Both the position numbers and the translations under genes were made by a program. The notes below the pieces were generated by a model. The model saw only the letters and a program-made list of their open reading frames with translations. It was not told where the DNA came from and ran no database searches. Below are positions 45,352-56,049 of a DNA stretch of 64,000 nt, in pieces. The stretch comes from a candidate division FCPU426 bacterium (GTDB lineage: Bacteria; Oederibacteriota; Muellerivitia; Muellerivitales; Muellerivitaceae). Position 1 is the first letter of the stretch, and each line of letters opens with the position of its first letter. The stretch is taken from NCBI GenBank assembly GCA_963738405.1, contig CAVTWJ010000023.1, positions 64,001-128,000 on the forward strand, given 5' to 3'.

Positions 45352-46212
45352 TCAGACCGTCTCAACCGGAGGTGCCGGGGGAGCGGGAGTGTCCGGCTGC
45401 ATTAAAATGACCTCAATTTCCCCAAACACCTTGTTTTGCACCACCCTTACCAGCTTCAACCTAATCAATTCCAAAAGAGCCAGCAGGGCCACGATTTTCT
45501 CAATTTTTGTACGGCAAGACTCCAGAAAAGGCCGAAAAACCACCCGGGGGTTATCCTGCAAAACATCCATTAAATCATTGATCTTCTGGCTGACGGTAAT
45601 TTCGGGGCGGGTCAGTTCGGCGGTCACGTCTTCCTGGGCGTGGATAAGAATATCTTTATAAGCTGCCAAGAGGCCGAAAAGGGTTACTTCTTCCAGCCTT
45701 TCCTCCGAATCCCCTTCCTTGAGTTCGGAAGAAACAACCCGGGGCAAAAGATGCTGGCGGCTTTTTTCCAGGCCCGACAACTGGTCGGCGGCGTCCCTGA
45801 ACTTTTTATACTCCAGCAGCCGGCGCATCAATTCGAGCCTTGGGTCCTCCTCGGGCTCATCGGGCGTCGAGTCCATGGGAAGGAGGAGACGGCTCTTGAT
45901 CTGCATCAGGGTAGCGGCCATCACCAAAAAGTCCCCGGCGATTTCGAGGTTCATGGCTTCTAATATTTCAAGGTAAGCCAGGTATTCCTTGGTGATGCGA
46001 GAAATGGGAATGTCGTAGATATCAAGTTCATGTTCCTTGATGAGATGAAGCAAAAGGTCCATCGGCCCGTCAAAGGAGGGCAGGGTGATTTGGTAGGTGG
46101 CCCGTTGGTCATCGGGATGCAGTATTTCCCTGATTCCGACATTGAGGGTCGTGGAGGAAAGCTGGATGGCAAAAGAACCCGGCGTCGGGGTTTCGGGTGT
46201 TTCTTCGCTCAC
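45352..46212 (-). CDS. scpA: Segregation and condensation protein A
   Basis: FDGPMDLLLHLI, FLVMAATL..IKSRLLLP, LALLEL. Confidence 0.97.
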   Translation of the reverse strand: MSEETPETPTPGSFAIQLSSTTLNVGIREILHPDDQRATYQITLPSFDGPMDLLLHLIKEHELDIYDIPISRITKEYLAYLEILEAMNLEIAGDFLVMAATLMQIKSRLLLPMDSTPDEPEEDPRLELMRRLLEYKKFRDAADQLSGLEKSRQHLLPRVVSSELKEGDSEERLEEVTLFGLLAAYKDILIHAQEDVTAELTRPEITVSQKINDLMDVLQDNPRVVFRPFLESCRTKIEKIVALLALLELIRLKLVRVVQNKVFGEIEVILMQPDTPAPPAPPVETV

Positions 46213-47255
46213 AAGTCTCCTCCTTTCGACAGTTCTTTTTTGATTTTTGAACTGGGAATGCCGGTCGCCTCATAAACCAGTTCGAGGGTCTGGGCCGCTG
46301 TACGCCGGGCCTTGCGGGCGCTGGCGATTAAAACTTCCTCGACTTCATCGGGCTTCGCGTCCAATTGTTTTCTTTTTTCCCTGACCGCGCCGCCGAAAGT
46401 TTCCTCAATTTTAGCCAAGAGAAATTTTTTAGCGTCGCCATAACCCATGCCGCCCTTACGGAATCCCGCTTCCATCCCCGCGGCTTCCTCCGGCTTGGCG
46501 ATCAATTTATAAAGCTGGTAGATCACGCTGGTATCCGGGTCCTTGGGATCTTCCACACCTTTAGAATCGGTAATGATTCCCATCACCTTTTTCTTGATCT
46601 CTGACGGTTCCCCAAATATAGGAAGCACGCTGGCCTCGTCCGTCTTGCTCATCTTGCCGCCGGTTAAACCCAGCACCTTTGGCGCTTCGCTTAAAACCCC
46701 TTCGGGCAATTTAAAAACATTTCGGCCAAAAGTATTGTTGAAATAACCGGCCATGTCGCGGGTCATTTCAATGTGTTGGACCTGATCCTGCCCCACGGGC
46801 ACCTTGTCGCTTTGGTAAATGAGGATATCCGCTGCCATGAGAACCGGATAAAAGAAAAGCCCCACCGAAGGGGCGATACCCCTTGCTACCTTATCCTTAA
46901 AAGAATGGGCCCTTTCCAGCAACCCCATACCTGTCACGGTCGATAGTATCCAGGCTAGTTCCGTAACTTCGGGCACATCGCTTTGGCGGAAAAGGAGCGC
47001 CTTGGCTGGATCAAGCCCCAGGGCCAGGTAATCGGCAGCGGCCATGAAGGTATAGCGGGTGAGGTCTTCCCTTTTTTGGACAGTCGTGAGCGAATGGTAA
47101 TTGGCGATGAAATAAAAACATTCACCCTGGTCCTGCAGGTGGATATGGTTTTGGATGGCCCCGAAATAATTGCCCAAGTGTAGCCTGCCGCTGGGCTGGA
47201 CGCCGGAAAGGTACCGGACGGGTTTTAAGGGCTCGGAATTGGAGGACAAGTTCAC
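46209..47255 (-). CDS. trpS: Tryptophan--tRNA ligase
   Basis: SGVQPSG.LHLGNY, YPVLMAADIL, VPVGQDQVQH, KMSK. Confidence 0.98.
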   Translation of the reverse strand: MNLSSNSEPLKPVRYLSGVQPSGRLHLGNYFGAIQNHIHLQDQGECFYFIANYHSLTTVQKREDLTRYTFMAAADYLALGLDPAKALLFRQSDVPEVTELAWILSTVTGMGLLERAHSFKDKVARGIAPSVGLFFYPVLMAADILIYQSDKVPVGQDQVQHIEMTRDMAGYFNNTFGRNVFKLPEGVLSEAPKVLGLTGGKMSKTDEASVLPIFGEPSEIKKKVMGIITDSKGVEDPKDPDTSVIYQLYKLIAKPEEAAGMEAGFRKGGMGYGDAKKFLLAKIEETFGGAVREKRKQLDAKPDEVEEVLIASARKARRTAAQTLELVYEATGIPSSKIKKELSKGGDL

Positions 47256-47283
47256 CTCTTGATTATATAAGCGAAGGAATAGA

Positions 47284-47970
47284 TCAGCTTAGGTATTGGG
47301 ACAAATGATCCAGTCCCACCAAGTGCAAGGTGAAGAAAAACACCATTACTACGGGATCAAAGACATAGTTCAGGATATTGCGAAAAAAGACCATAACCCC
47401 AAATAAAAGCATGGCCCCATAACGGTCATATTGGGACAGCTTATAGGCCCAGCGCCCTGGTAACGCGGCCTTTAAAATCCAAGAGCCATCCAAGGGAAAG
47501 ACGGGAATCAGGTTAAAAACGGCCAAGGCGAAATTGGTCCAAAAGAAGGTTTTAAAGAAATTCAAAAGGGTGTATTGGCTGGCTTCCCCCAACTGAAAAA
47601 ACTGGGTCAGGTCCAGAATGGCAAAAGCCCCCAATGAAAGGACGCAGAGGCCCATGTTGGCCATAGGGCCCGCAAAGGCCACCAAGGCGCCGCCCTTACG
47701 GGGGTTTTTAAAATTGTCGGGGGTGATAGGAACCGGCTTGGCCCATCCGAACAGAAAGTTGACTTGGTAGTACATGGAAATAAGAGGAAAGAGTATGGTT
47801 CCAAAAGGATCGGAATGGGCCATGGGATTAAGGGTCAATCGGCCCAGCATGCGCGGGGTGGGGTCCCCCAGGCGGTCGGCCATGGCGGCGTGTCCGAATT
47901 CGTGCAGGCAAAGGGAGAACAAAAGAATGCTGAAATTCATCAAAACATGGAAAATTTTCGACTCGTCCAA
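47284..47970 (-). CDS. Site-2 protease (M50)
   Basis: HEFGH, GDPTP..GRLTLNP, AGP, FNLIPVFPLDG. Confidence 0.95.
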   Translation of the reverse strand: MDESKIFHVLMNFSILLFSLCLHEFGHAAMADRLGDPTPRMLGRLTLNPMAHSDPFGTILFPLISMYYQVNFLFGWAKPVPITPDNFKNPRKGGALVAFAGPMANMGLCVLSLGAFAILDLTQFFQLGEASQYTLLNFFKTFFWTNFALAVFNLIPVFPLDGSWILKAALPGRWAYKLSQYDRYGAMLLFGVMVFFRNILNYVFDPVVMVFFFTLHLVGLDHLSQYLS

Positions 47971-48013
47971 AGCGCTTCCCCTTATTTAAAGGCGGTAAAA
48001 AGAGGGGTTAACT

Positions 48014-49321
48014 TTACTTGATGCGGGCCTTCGGTGCAACTTGCTTTCCAGTTGTCGTGTCTGGGCCGAAAGTTTCCCTAACCCATTTGAGAACTGAGCT
48101 TCGGCCCTTAAATTTACCGTCCAATTGGCCGTTCAAGGCTTCCAGCAAAATAAAGGAATATTGAAACCCCGGCTCGATGCCCATGGCTTGCAGGTCCTTC
48201 CCTCTCACCCACGGCTTTGAGGTTTGGATCTTTTGAAGATAATTTTCCAAACGCTTGCGGAGAGTTGCTGAGGAGGCCGCCAATAGGAAACATTGAACTT
48301 CAGAACGCAAAGGACAAAGGAGTTTATATATTTGGCTAATCGCCATTTTCATTTTGGACAGTCTTTTTAAAAGGGAGGGATAGGCTTGGGCGGATTGAAG
48401 AACAATTTTCTGCTCGGAGCGAGACAGCATCAGGCGCTTGGCCAGTGAATGGGCCTCAGCCTCACGAGGACCCGCTAGAAGAGCCTGAAACCAAACCATG
48501 TTTTCTTCCTCCAGCTTGATCTTCAACTTGTGGAAGACGCCAATCGCGGAGGGAATGCTGGATAAAAACAAGGCTGTCCTTGAGGGCACATCCAGAGAGG
48601 GATGGATATGTCTCAAGACTCCCAGTTCCTTTAGCCTTTTCACGGCCCTTTCGGGATGGGGTTCCTTGAAAATCAGGCGAAGTTCGTTGCGGAGCCTCTC
48701 CCCCGATACCCTTTGGATGAATTCGCCTTTGACGCACTTTAAGAGCCAGTTCTGAGTTTGGGCTTCAATGCGGGTCTTAAACCTTTGCTCGAACCTTACC
48801 GCCCGGAAAATGCGGGTGGGGTCATCCTCAAAGCTTTTGGCGTGCAGGGCGCGGATACGCCCCTTTTTCAAGTCTTCAAGACCGTTAAAAGGGTCCAACA
48901 ATTTAAGAAAGAAGCCCGGTGAAAGGCTCATGGCCATGGCGTTGAGGGTGAAGTCCCGCCGGTAAAGGTCTTGCACGATGCCGCTTTTTTCAACCTTCGG
49001 CAGGGCCCCCGGATGAACATAGCTTTCCGTTCGGGCGGTAGCCACATCCACCTTGCCGAAACCAGGCACCACCACAATGGAGGTGCCGAATTGGGTGAAA
49101 GCTTCCACCTCCGAGCCCGTGGATTGGGCGAACTTTTCGGCAAAGGTGACCCCGTCCCCCTCGATGGTGATGTCGATATCCACCCCATGCTTATTGAGAA
49201 AAAGATCCCGCACGAAGCCCCCCACCGCGTAGGCGGTTTCGCCCCTTTGTTCGGCTAAACGGCCGATCTTTCTAAAAAGAGAAAGGGTTTTGGGGGGAAT
49301 ACGGTTTGTCAGCTTCTGCAT
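48014..49321 (-). CDS. tRNA nucleotidyltransferase (CCA/A-adding family)
   Basis: VGGFVRD, DIDI, DLYRRDFTLNAMA, DDPTRIFRAVRF. Confidence 0.92.
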   Translation of the reverse strand: MQKLTNRIPPKTLSLFRKIGRLAEQRGETAYAVGGFVRDLFLNKHGVDIDITIEGDGVTFAEKFAQSTGSEVEAFTQFGTSIVVVPGFGKVDVATARTESYVHPGALPKVEKSGIVQDLYRRDFTLNAMAMSLSPGFFLKLLDPFNGLEDLKKGRIRALHAKSFEDDPTRIFRAVRFEQRFKTRIEAQTQNWLLKCVKGEFIQRVSGERLRNELRLIFKEPHPERAVKRLKELGVLRHIHPSLDVPSRTALFLSSIPSAIGVFHKLKIKLEEENMVWFQALLAGPREAEAHSLAKRLMLSRSEQKIVLQSAQAYPSLLKRLSKMKMAISQIYKLLCPLRSEVQCFLLAASSATLRKRLENYLQKIQTSKPWVRGKDLQAMGIEPGFQYSFILLEALNGQLDGKFKGRSSVLKWVRETFGPDTTTGKQVAPKARIK

Positions 49322-49356
49322 CGGTAGCCTCGAATGACTTCTGGGATATGCCGCAC

Positions 49357-49740
49357 CTAGACGTTATACCCCTCTTCGGAGATGAAGGCATTGGAAAGAT
49401 GCTGGATTCGCGGTAACCCTAAAAGATTCTTCGATGGATAGAAGGCCACCACATCGAACCGAACGTTAAGCGTTTCCCCCGTATGTCGGGATAAATAAAC
49501 CGCCGCCGCCGCTGAAAGGCGATTCACCTTATGGACCGTCACCGCTTCCAAGGGAGAACCCTTAGAAAGGGTTTTGCGTTTCTTGACCTCTACAAACACC
49601 AGCGTATCACCCTTGCGGCAAACCAAATCGATTTCACCCTGAGGCACCCGATAATTGCGTTCCAAAATTTTATATCCCTTGAGGCGCAGGTAAACGGCGG
49701 CGATAGCCTCTCCCCGAGCGCCTTCCCCGTGGGTGCTCAT
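49357..49740 (-). CDS. yraN: YraN family endonuclease-like protein
   Basis: GARGE..A..YL..KGY.ILERN, GEIDL, FVEVK; ATG at 49740 overlaps the rnhB stop. Confidence 0.93.
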   Translation of the reverse strand: MSTHGEGARGEAIAAVYLRLKGYKILERNYRVPQGEIDLVCRKGDTLVFVEVKKRKTLSKGSPLEAVTVHKVNRLSAAAAVYLSRHTGETLNVRFDVVAFYPSKNLLGLPRIQHLSNAFISEEGYNV

Positions 49741-50714
49741 TTTCCAGAAACCCTTAATTTCCCGGTGCATTGGGAATAGACTTCCCTTAACTGTTCCAGC
49801 TCCGCTTCATTAAGTGTTTCACCCGCGAGTCTTTTGAGGCTCAACCCGGCTTGCCTCAAGCCGGTAAGGGTGACCGCATCCTCTAATTTTCCTTTCCAAA
49901 AACCGAAGTTTCCACGCGGATCTTTGGAGGCAAGATTTTGGGCCACGGGCGCAAAGCTTAATCGGTGTTCGGGGCATAGGCCCTTTTCCCGGATCGCCTC
50001 CAAATGCTCTTGCGTGCCGTAGCCTTTGTGGGAAGCGAATCCGTAACCGGGATAAAGAGAATTCATTTCCACCATCATCCTGTCCCTCGCCACCTTTGCC
50101 AAAATGGAGGCGGCCGCGATGCTTAAGGAAAGTGAATCCCCATGCGCCATGGATTTTCGGGGGATGTTTTTGTAATGCGGGAGGGGCATGGCGTCGGTTA
50201 AAAGCCCATCGGGCGCCATGGGCAGGGCCTGGATGGCCCTTTCCATGGCAAGTCTTGCGGCCTGGTAGATGTTGAGTGCGTCAATTTCTTTGGCGCTGGC
50301 CCGGCCCAGACCAAAACCTAATGCCTTTTCACGGATCACCAAGTCCAGAGCTTCCCGCTTAGCGGGCGTCAGCTTTTTGGAATCGTTCACGCCCTCTAAT
50401 AGCAACCCGACTGGCAAGATGACCGCGGCGGCGACCACCGGGCCTACCAGGGGGCCCCGGCCCGCCTCATCTAACCCCGCAATGAACTTACAGCCCCTCC
50501 CCGCCAATTCCCTTTCAAAGGTCAGGAGGGACTTAAGCCTGTCCTTTTCCTTCGTTTCTTTTTGGACTTTTTTTTCAAATTTGAGGATTAGTTTTTCAGC
50601 GGCGGGCCGTGAATCTCCCGAGAGGAGGGACTTTAAATAATCCAGGGATTCTTGCGGGGAGCCTTTTTGGGAGGCTTCGAGCTCAAGGCTCTTCAGTTGG
50701 GGAAGGCTGGGCAT
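49737..50714 (-). CDS. rnhB: Ribonuclease HII
   Basis: GLDEAGRGPLVGPV, DSKKL, SIAAASILAKV.RD, HKGYGT. Confidence 0.97.
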   Translation of the reverse strand: MPSLPQLKSLELEASQKGSPQESLDYLKSLLSGDSRPAAEKLILKFEKKVQKETKEKDRLKSLLTFERELAGRGCKFIAGLDEAGRGPLVGPVVAAAVILPVGLLLEGVNDSKKLTPAKREALDLVIREKALGFGLGRASAKEIDALNIYQAARLAMERAIQALPMAPDGLLTDAMPLPHYKNIPRKSMAHGDSLSLSIAAASILAKVARDRMMVEMNSLYPGYGFASHKGYGTQEHLEAIREKGLCPEHRLSFAPVAQNLASKDPRGNFGFWKGKLEDAVTLTGLRQAGLSLKRLAGETLNEAELEQLREVYSQCTGKLRVSGK

Positions 50715-52347
50715 TGGCCGCTATTGGAGTGCTTTTCTTTGTGGCGGATTGCGAATCATCCCCCCCGGTCAAGGCCTTGGGAGGTCCGGTTAAAAGGGTC
50801 AGGGGCGCCGCTTCGCTCAAGACACGGTCTTCGACCTTGATGAGGGCCTTCAACACCACGGGATAATCGGGTTTGGCGTCTTTTTTCATGCGAATCAAAA
50901 CATTCACACTCTTGAGTTCGGAGGAGGCGATCGTACCTACTTCCAAATCCATGGCGTTGTCCTTCATTTTCCATTCTCCGGTCACACCAGCCGGCTTTTT
51001 GGCGGCGGGGGGTTGGGCCTGTTTTATGGCCCCAGGGGTTTGTGTCCCAACCGCGGGAACCGTGGGACTGGGGGTGGGGCTTATCGTCGGGCTGGGAGTG
51101 GGGGTAGTAGCTGAGAGCCAAGAAGGCGGAGTGGCGACAGGAGTTTCGGTGGTAGGCGGAACCATTTCAAAGCCCCCAGGGAGGGGCAATTCAAAGGTGG
51201 CGAGAGGCGAGGTTTTAGGGCTTTGATTCTGAAAAGTATAGGTAATGGAATAATTGGGTTTGGCCTTGGTGGGTTTTTGATCCAGCGCCCCCTTGAAGAG
51301 AAAATCGAATTTGGCCATTTCCCCGTTGGGTTGAAACCGAAGGATGGTTCCATTGGCCCCGACGATGAAGCCCAAATCGCCCGAAAAAGCGATGGAATTT
51401 AGGGAGGGTTTTCCTTCCGGTTTAACATGCGAAATCCACCGGGAACCGTCGTAAAAAATCAGGGTTCCATCCTGGCCCACGGCCCATCCATTGCTCTCAT
51501 CCTTCATCCATATGTTGTAGAGGTCAAAACCCGAGAAGGCTGAGCCCATCTTGTTCCAGGTGGTGCCGTTGAAGTTGAGAATAGTCCCAAAGGCCCCCAC
51601 TGCCCAGGCCTGCACGTCGTTGATGGACGACACACTATTTAACCGCTCTGTGGAGGGACTTCCGGGAAAAGGGGTCCAGGTTTGACCGTCGTATTTGATG
51701 ATCGTGCCCAGGTTGCCCACGGCCCAACCGTTGTTTTCGTCCGTGAGGGAGAGGCTATAGAGGTCGCTTTTGACCGTGACGGGGCTGGCCCCCGCCGTGG
51801 CCACGATGATAGTTCCCCAAGATATGCCGTTGAATTTCAAAAGGGTCCCATTGGAACCGGTCACCCATACAGTCCGGGACCTTGTGACCGCGACATCATA
51901 GAGTGTTTCGGAAGTGCCTGAGTCAGGCTGGCTCCATTGGCCATTATTGTAATAAAGGATCGTGCCGTGGGAGCCTACGAACCAGCCCTCGTTTTCATTG
52001 AGAAAGGCCACCGCGAGAAGATTTTCGTTTTTGGCATAGCCGCTATCCACGCGGTTCCATGTGTCGCCGTCCCATTTCAAGATGGTTCCGTTATTGCCGC
52101 AGGCCCAACCCAGCTTCTTGTTAACGAGACAAACGGCATTGAGGGGGTCCGTGACGGTAATAGTCACGGGAAAGCTGACCCAATAGATTACGTCCGAATC
52201 GGCGGATGATTCGGCGTCGGCCTGACTGGCCTTGGATGGAGTGAGCGGGCTGACCGCGCCGCTGCCCGTACAGCCCGCAAAGAGGCATAGGCCAAGGGAA
52301 GTGCCGAGTAGGAGGGCTAAAGTAAGGGAACTTAAAGTGTTTTTCAT
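50683..52347 (-). CDS. Lipoprotein with YCF48-like beta-propeller and Pro/Thr linker
   Basis: Lipobox FAGC; repeated GWAVG..GTIL.YDG..W. Confidence 0.8.
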   Translation of the reverse strand: MKNTLSSLTLALLLGTSLGLCLFAGCTGSGAVSPLTPSKASQADAESSADSDVIYWVSFPVTITVTDPLNAVCLVNKKLGWACGNNGTILKWDGDTWNRVDSGYAKNENLLAVAFLNENEGWFVGSHGTILYYNNGQWSQPDSGTSETLYDVAVTRSRTVWVTGSNGTLLKFNGISWGTIIVATAGASPVTVKSDLYSLSLTDENNGWAVGNLGTIIKYDGQTWTPFPGSPSTERLNSVSSINDVQAWAVGAFGTILNFNGTTWNKMGSAFSGFDLYNIWMKDESNGWAVGQDGTLIFYDGSRWISHVKPEGKPSLNSIAFSGDLGFIVGANGTILRFQPNGEMAKFDFLFKGALDQKPTKAKPNYSITYTFQNQSPKTSPLATFELPLPGGFEMVPPTTETPVATPPSWLSATTPTPSPTISPTPSPTVPAVGTQTPGAIKQAQPPAAKKPAGVTGEWKMKDNAMDLEVGTIASSELKSVNVLIRMKKDAKPDYPVVLKALIKVEDRVLSEAAPLTLLTGPPKALTGGDDSQSATKKSTPIAANAQPSPTEEP

Positions 52348-52400
52348 GAAGGGCTATCCTACCTTTGACGCTTGAGCCGTGCAAGCCGGGCCCCAGACAC

Positions 52401-52436
52401 AAAAAAACCGCCCCCGCATGACACGGAGACGGTTTA
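52401..52436 (-). terminator. Rho-independent terminator after rplS
   Basis: Minus-strand hairpin AAACCGTCTCCG...CGGGGGCGGTTT followed by a U-tract. Confidence 0.7.
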
Positions 52437-52453
52437 AAGGACAGGGGCGAAAC

Positions 52454-52924
52454 TTATGCTTTTGGGGGCGCTTCGCTTGTCGTAGGAGCAGCAACCTCGA
52501 CGGCGGCAGGCGCCGCCGGTTCCACGGCCTGGGCAGCGGTGGTTTCGGAAGCTTCCTCTCCAGGGACCTTGACGACCTTCTTGCTTTCCTGGATGCGGGC
52601 ATCTTTCTTGTTGAGTTTCTCGCGAAGGTAAAACAACTTGGCCCGGCGCACTTTTCCCGAACGCAAGACTTTGATTTCTTTGATCATGGGCGACTGGAAA
52701 TAAAAGGTTTTCTCCACCCCGACCCCGTAGGAAATCTTGCGGACCGAGAAGCGCATACGGGGGCCGCGGCCCTGCAGGCCGATCACCACGCCCTCATAGG
52801 CCTGGATTCTCTCTTTTTCGCCTTCCTTGATGCGAAGGGAAACCTTGACCGTATCCCCCACCTTAAAGGGGATGGCCTTTCGGATCACCTGGGTACTCTC
52901 GAATTGCTTGATAATGGCGTTCAT
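52454..52924 (-). CDS. rplS: 50S ribosomal protein L19
   Basis: [39 protein letters not shown]. Confidence 0.98.
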   Translation of the reverse strand: MNAIIKQFESTQVIRKAIPFKVGDTVKVSLRIKEGEKERIQAYEGVVIGLQGRGPRMRFSVRKISYGVGVEKTFYFQSPMIKEIKVLRSGKVRRAKLFYLREKLNKKDARIQESKKVVKVPGEEASETTAAQAVEPAAPAAVEVAAPTTSEAPPKA

Positions 52925-53718
52925 TTTTTCCTCCCGCGCCCTGCCCTGTCCAAACCGGCTCCGCCGGGTTTTTCCCGGTCTATCAGCTCTTCCCTTACTT
53001 CCTGAAGCAGCCGCTTGTCCTCATCGGACAGGCCGACTTCCTCCAGCAGGTCGGGCCTCTTAATCAAAGTGTTCTTCAGGGACTGTTTTTTTCTCCAACG
53101 TTCAATATAGGCATGATTGCCCGAAAGCAGAACTTCCGGCACTTCCATCCCTTTGAAAAGGCGGGGACGAGTATAGTGGGGATAGTCCAATAATCCATTA
53201 AAAAAGCTGTCTTTCTCAACTGACCGCTGGTCACCTACAACCCCTGGCAGGAACCTCACCAGGCTGTCCACAAGGGCGGCCGCGGCCGGCTCCCCCCCCG
53301 TTAAAACAAAATCCCCCAGGCTGATTTCTTCATCAATCTGGGTCATCACCCTTTCGTCCAGACCCTCGTAATGACCACAGACGAGGATCAAGGAAGAGGC
53401 GCATGAAAGCTCCAAAACCTTCCGGTGGTCCAGTTTCTTTCCCTGCGGGGAAAAAAGAATGGTTCTTACGCCCTGACGGCGCCCCTTCAAGACTTTCAAC
53501 GCCTTGAAAAGCGGTTCGGGCTTCATCACCATACCCGCCCCGCCACCGTAGGGTACGTCGTCGGCCTTGTGATGCTTATCCGTCGCCCACTTCCGCAGGT
53601 CATGGAGTTTTAAATCCACGGCCCCTTTTTCCCGAGCCCGTTTCACCATTGAAACGGTAAAAGGCCCCAGAAAGTAATCGGGGAAAAGGGTCAGGATATC
53701 AATCCGTGGTTTCCGCAT
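52921..53718 (-). CDS. trmD: tRNA (guanine-N1)-methyltransferase
   Basis: [42 protein letters not shown]. Confidence 0.98.
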   Translation of the reverse strand: MRKPRIDILTLFPDYFLGPFTVSMVKRAREKGAVDLKLHDLRKWATDKHHKADDVPYGGGAGMVMKPEPLFKALKVLKGRRQGVRTILFSPQGKKLDHRKVLELSCASSLILVCGHYEGLDERVMTQIDEEISLGDFVLTGGEPAAAALVDSLVRFLPGVVGDQRSVEKDSFFNGLLDYPHYTRPRLFKGMEVPEVLLSGNHAYIERWRKKQSLKNTLIKRPDLLEEVGLSDEDKRLLQEVREELIDREKPGGAGLDRAGRGRKK

Positions 53719-54259
53719 CGATCTCTTCCATGGGATCCGCCACTACAACCCGCGTCTTCAGGTCCACGCGCTTCACCACCGACTTCAAAACAGGCAGGAG
53801 AATTTCTTTTCCTTCCTGTCGCACCACCAAAATCGCGTTAGCGGTCTCATCCATGACTTCCGCGACGATCCCTAGGGGAACACCTTCACTGGTTTCCACC
53901 CTCAGGCCCATCAGGTCGCTGACGTAAAACTCATCTTCATTTAGGGGGGCCCGATCCGTCTCCGGAACGGCCAGGACCGCGCCGCGGAGGCTTTCCGCCT
54001 CATCGACCCCCTCGACTTCCAGGAGGCGTACCACCGCGTCCCCGTCGTTGTGCAGGAAAGACCTGCCGACCGTCACTTTTTTTAAGACCTTTCCTTCCCT
54101 CATCAGCGTGAGGTTAGGGCAGTTTTTCAAACGTTCAAGGCCCGAACAGGAAAGGTAAAGTTTCACCTCGCCCTTGAGTCCGTGGGGCCTGACGATCGTC
54201 GCCAGGACGATCCAGTCGTTTCGTTGGGGTTCGGAGGCTGGGTTCCCTGGGTTACTCAA
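53699..54259 (-). CDS. rimM: Ribosome maturation factor RimM
   Basis: PHGLKGEV, DEFYVSDLMGL; operon context. Confidence 0.95.
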   Translation of the reverse strand: MSNPGNPASEPQRNDWIVLATIVRPHGLKGEVKLYLSCSGLERLKNCPNLTLMREGKVLKKVTVGRSFLHNDGDAVVRLLEVEGVDEAESLRGAVLAVPETDRAPLNEDEFYVSDLMGLRVETSEGVPLGIVAEVMDETANAILVVRQEGKEILLPVLKSVVKRVDLKTRVVVADPMEEIDAETTD

Positions 54260-54482
54260 CGACTTCGAGGGAGAACTTGAGTCCGTGCTTGGCGCAGGAG
54301 GCCGAAACCAGGGTCCGAAGGGCCTTAATGGTGCGTCCCTGCTTACCGATGATTTTGCCGTAGTCTTCTTTAGAAACCCTCAGCTCCAGCACCGTTGTAT
54401 CACCTTCCATGCGCTGTTCAAGGGCCACTGCCTCGGGCTTGTCCACAAGGGACTTCGCTACACGTTCAATGAGTTCTTTCAT
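54252..54482 (-). CDS. khpA: KH-domain RNA-binding protein
   Basis: LVDKPE.V, DYGKIIGKQGRTIKALR. Confidence 0.93.
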   Translation of the reverse strand: MKELIERVAKSLVDKPEAVALEQRMEGDTTVLELRVSKEDYGKIIGKQGRTIKALRTLVSASCAKHGLKFSLEVVE

Positions 54483-54557
54483 AAATCAATCATCCTTCCA
54501 TTATGCCTCGGCGAACCCGGTAAATGCCGAGCCGCCCTTCAAGGCCTGAAACCTTGC

Positions 54558-54806
54558 TTAGGCCTTGACCGTGTTCTTTTTTAAAAGTCCCGCCACCGTG
54601 GCGGTGGGAACGGCGCCCTTTTTAATCCATTGTTCCATGGATTCTTTGTTGAAATTAACGATGCTGTTGGTTGCGTTCTTGGGATTGTAGGTGCCCAAAT
54701 CCTCAACCCTGCGGCCCTTGCCGGACATGCGCTCATCTACCACAATCACGCGGTAGTAGGGTTTCTTGCTGCTTCCCATACGTTTCAAACGAATCTTGAG
54801 GGACAC
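54558..54806 (-). CDS. rpsP: 30S ribosomal protein S16
   Basis: KIRLKRMG..KKPYYRVIV, LGTYNP, W..KGA.PT.TV. Confidence 0.97.
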   Translation of the reverse strand: MSLKIRLKRMGSSKKPYYRVIVVDERMSGKGRRVEDLGTYNPKNATNSIVNFNKESMEQWIKKGAVPTATVAGLLKKNTVKA

Positions 54807-54997
54807 AATGCCTCCTAGAAAACATGAAAAATCATTAGCCGATAACGTTCGGCCCCGTTTCCATCCTATAAAACATGGGTTTTAGGGAAAGGAGGAAGGA
54901 TTCTAAAAACCGAACCCGCCTTTGTCAAGGAAATAGGGCCTTTTTCTGGGCTTTGGAGGAATCGAAAGGAATTAAATTCAAAATGGTTGGAGAAAAA

Positions 54998-55073
54998 TGG
55001 AGCTGGGGACCGGGCTTGAACCGGCGACCTGCTGTTTACGAAACAGCTGCTCTACCAACTGAGCTACCCCAGC
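54998..55073 (-). tRNA. tRNA-Thr (CGT)
   Basis: GCTGGGGTAGCTCAGTTGGTAGAGCAGCTGTTTCGTAAACAGCAGGTCGCCGGTTCAAGCCCGGTCCCCAGCTCCA. Confidence 0.97.
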
Positions 55074-55155
55074 ACCGAGGTCACAATGAGGAAGGGTGGA
55101 AGTTTACCTACCCCTATTTCTCCCGTCAACTTCAACAAATCCATTTGATCAGAGC

Positions 55156-55191
55156 AAAAAAAATCCCCGAGTTTTCGTCAAACCCGGGGAT
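55156..55191 (-). terminator. Rho-independent terminator
   Basis: ATCCCCGGGTTT-GACGA-AAACTCGGGGAT hairpin plus U-tract on the minus strand. Confidence 0.75.
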
Positions 55192-55207
55192 CGATCCAAC
55201 TTAACGC

Positions 55208-55798
55208 TTACTGGGCAACGATGTTGTTGACCGCCACACTAAAGGTTCCGACAGACTTGGGCTGGATATTAAATGTTGAAATGGCGCTGAAATCCTTGGG
55301 CGCTCCCTTAATCGCGTCCGGGGGCGTGTAATAGGGGTCCAAATTGAAAGAATCCAAGGACACAGATACCGTTTCCCAACTTCCGCCTTTCGTGGAGGGC
55401 GTTTCGGCCACATATTGGTTTTTATTCTTGTCCTTCAAGGCCAAGCCCAAAACCACCGGGACCTTGCAATAGATAGTAAGCGTGAGGGTTTTGGCAGTGG
55501 CGAGGTTGACTCCCGCCCAATCCTTGCCGCCCGCCCGGCACCACAATCCACAATAGCCGCCCTGGGCCAGAGTGTAATTGATGACCAAATAGTTTTTGGG
55601 AGCCGTTCCCTTGACCGCGATCGCGATTTTGGAACCGTTGGTATCCTGGAAAGTTCCTGCGTTCTTGCCGTCCGTAGGATCCAGATCAGCGAAATTTTGA
55701 ACGACTACCGCCCCGGCCGCGCGGGCCGCCGTCGGACTATAAACCCATCCCGCAAGAAGGGCCAAACCTACCGCCAAAACACTCAAAAGTTTTCTCAT
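55208..55798 (-). CDS. Exported carbohydrate-binding (CBM11/CIA30-like) protein
   Basis: Signal peptide; beta-sandwich pattern W.TVSV.L.SF. Confidence 0.7.
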   Translation of the reverse strand: MRKLLSVLAVGLALLAGWVYSPTAARAAGAVVVQNFADLDPTDGKNAGTFQDTNGSKIAIAVKGTAPKNYLVINYTLAQGGYCGLWCRAGGKDWAGVNLATAKTLTLTIYCKVPVVLGLALKDKNKNQYVAETPSTKGGSWETVSVSLDSFNLDPYYTPPDAIKGAPKDFSAISTFNIQPKSVGTFSVAVNNIVAQ

Positions 55799-55837
55799 CT
55801 TTCTTTCCTCGCTTATGAACGGAATTTTTTAAAAAGA

Positions 55838-56020
55838 TTAAGCCATATCCTCAATGAAACCCAGACACACCAAAGACACAATCATCATGATCGCCGAATA
55901 GACAATAGTCTCAAAGATGCCATGACGTGTGTTTCCAAAAACGTAACTGACCATCGAAATAAAGGTAAAAATGAAGAACCAAAGCACAAAGGCCAAGCGC
56001 GGCAAGCTAAAATTTTTCAT
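55838..56020 (-). CDS. Small two-TM hypothetical protein
   Basis: 60 aa, two hydrophobic segments, GGGAG RBS. Confidence 0.55.
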   Translation of the reverse strand: MKNFSLPRLAFVLWFFIFTFISMVSYVFGNTRHGIFETIVYSAIMMIVSLVCLGFIEDMA

Positions 56021-56049
56021 AGGAATCTCCCTCTGCTTCCAAGAACCTT

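Noticed and set aside
54998..55073. tRNA-Thr as a second integration site
   Set aside because: Its 3' side leads straight into the rpsP operon, with no integrase or duplicated end.
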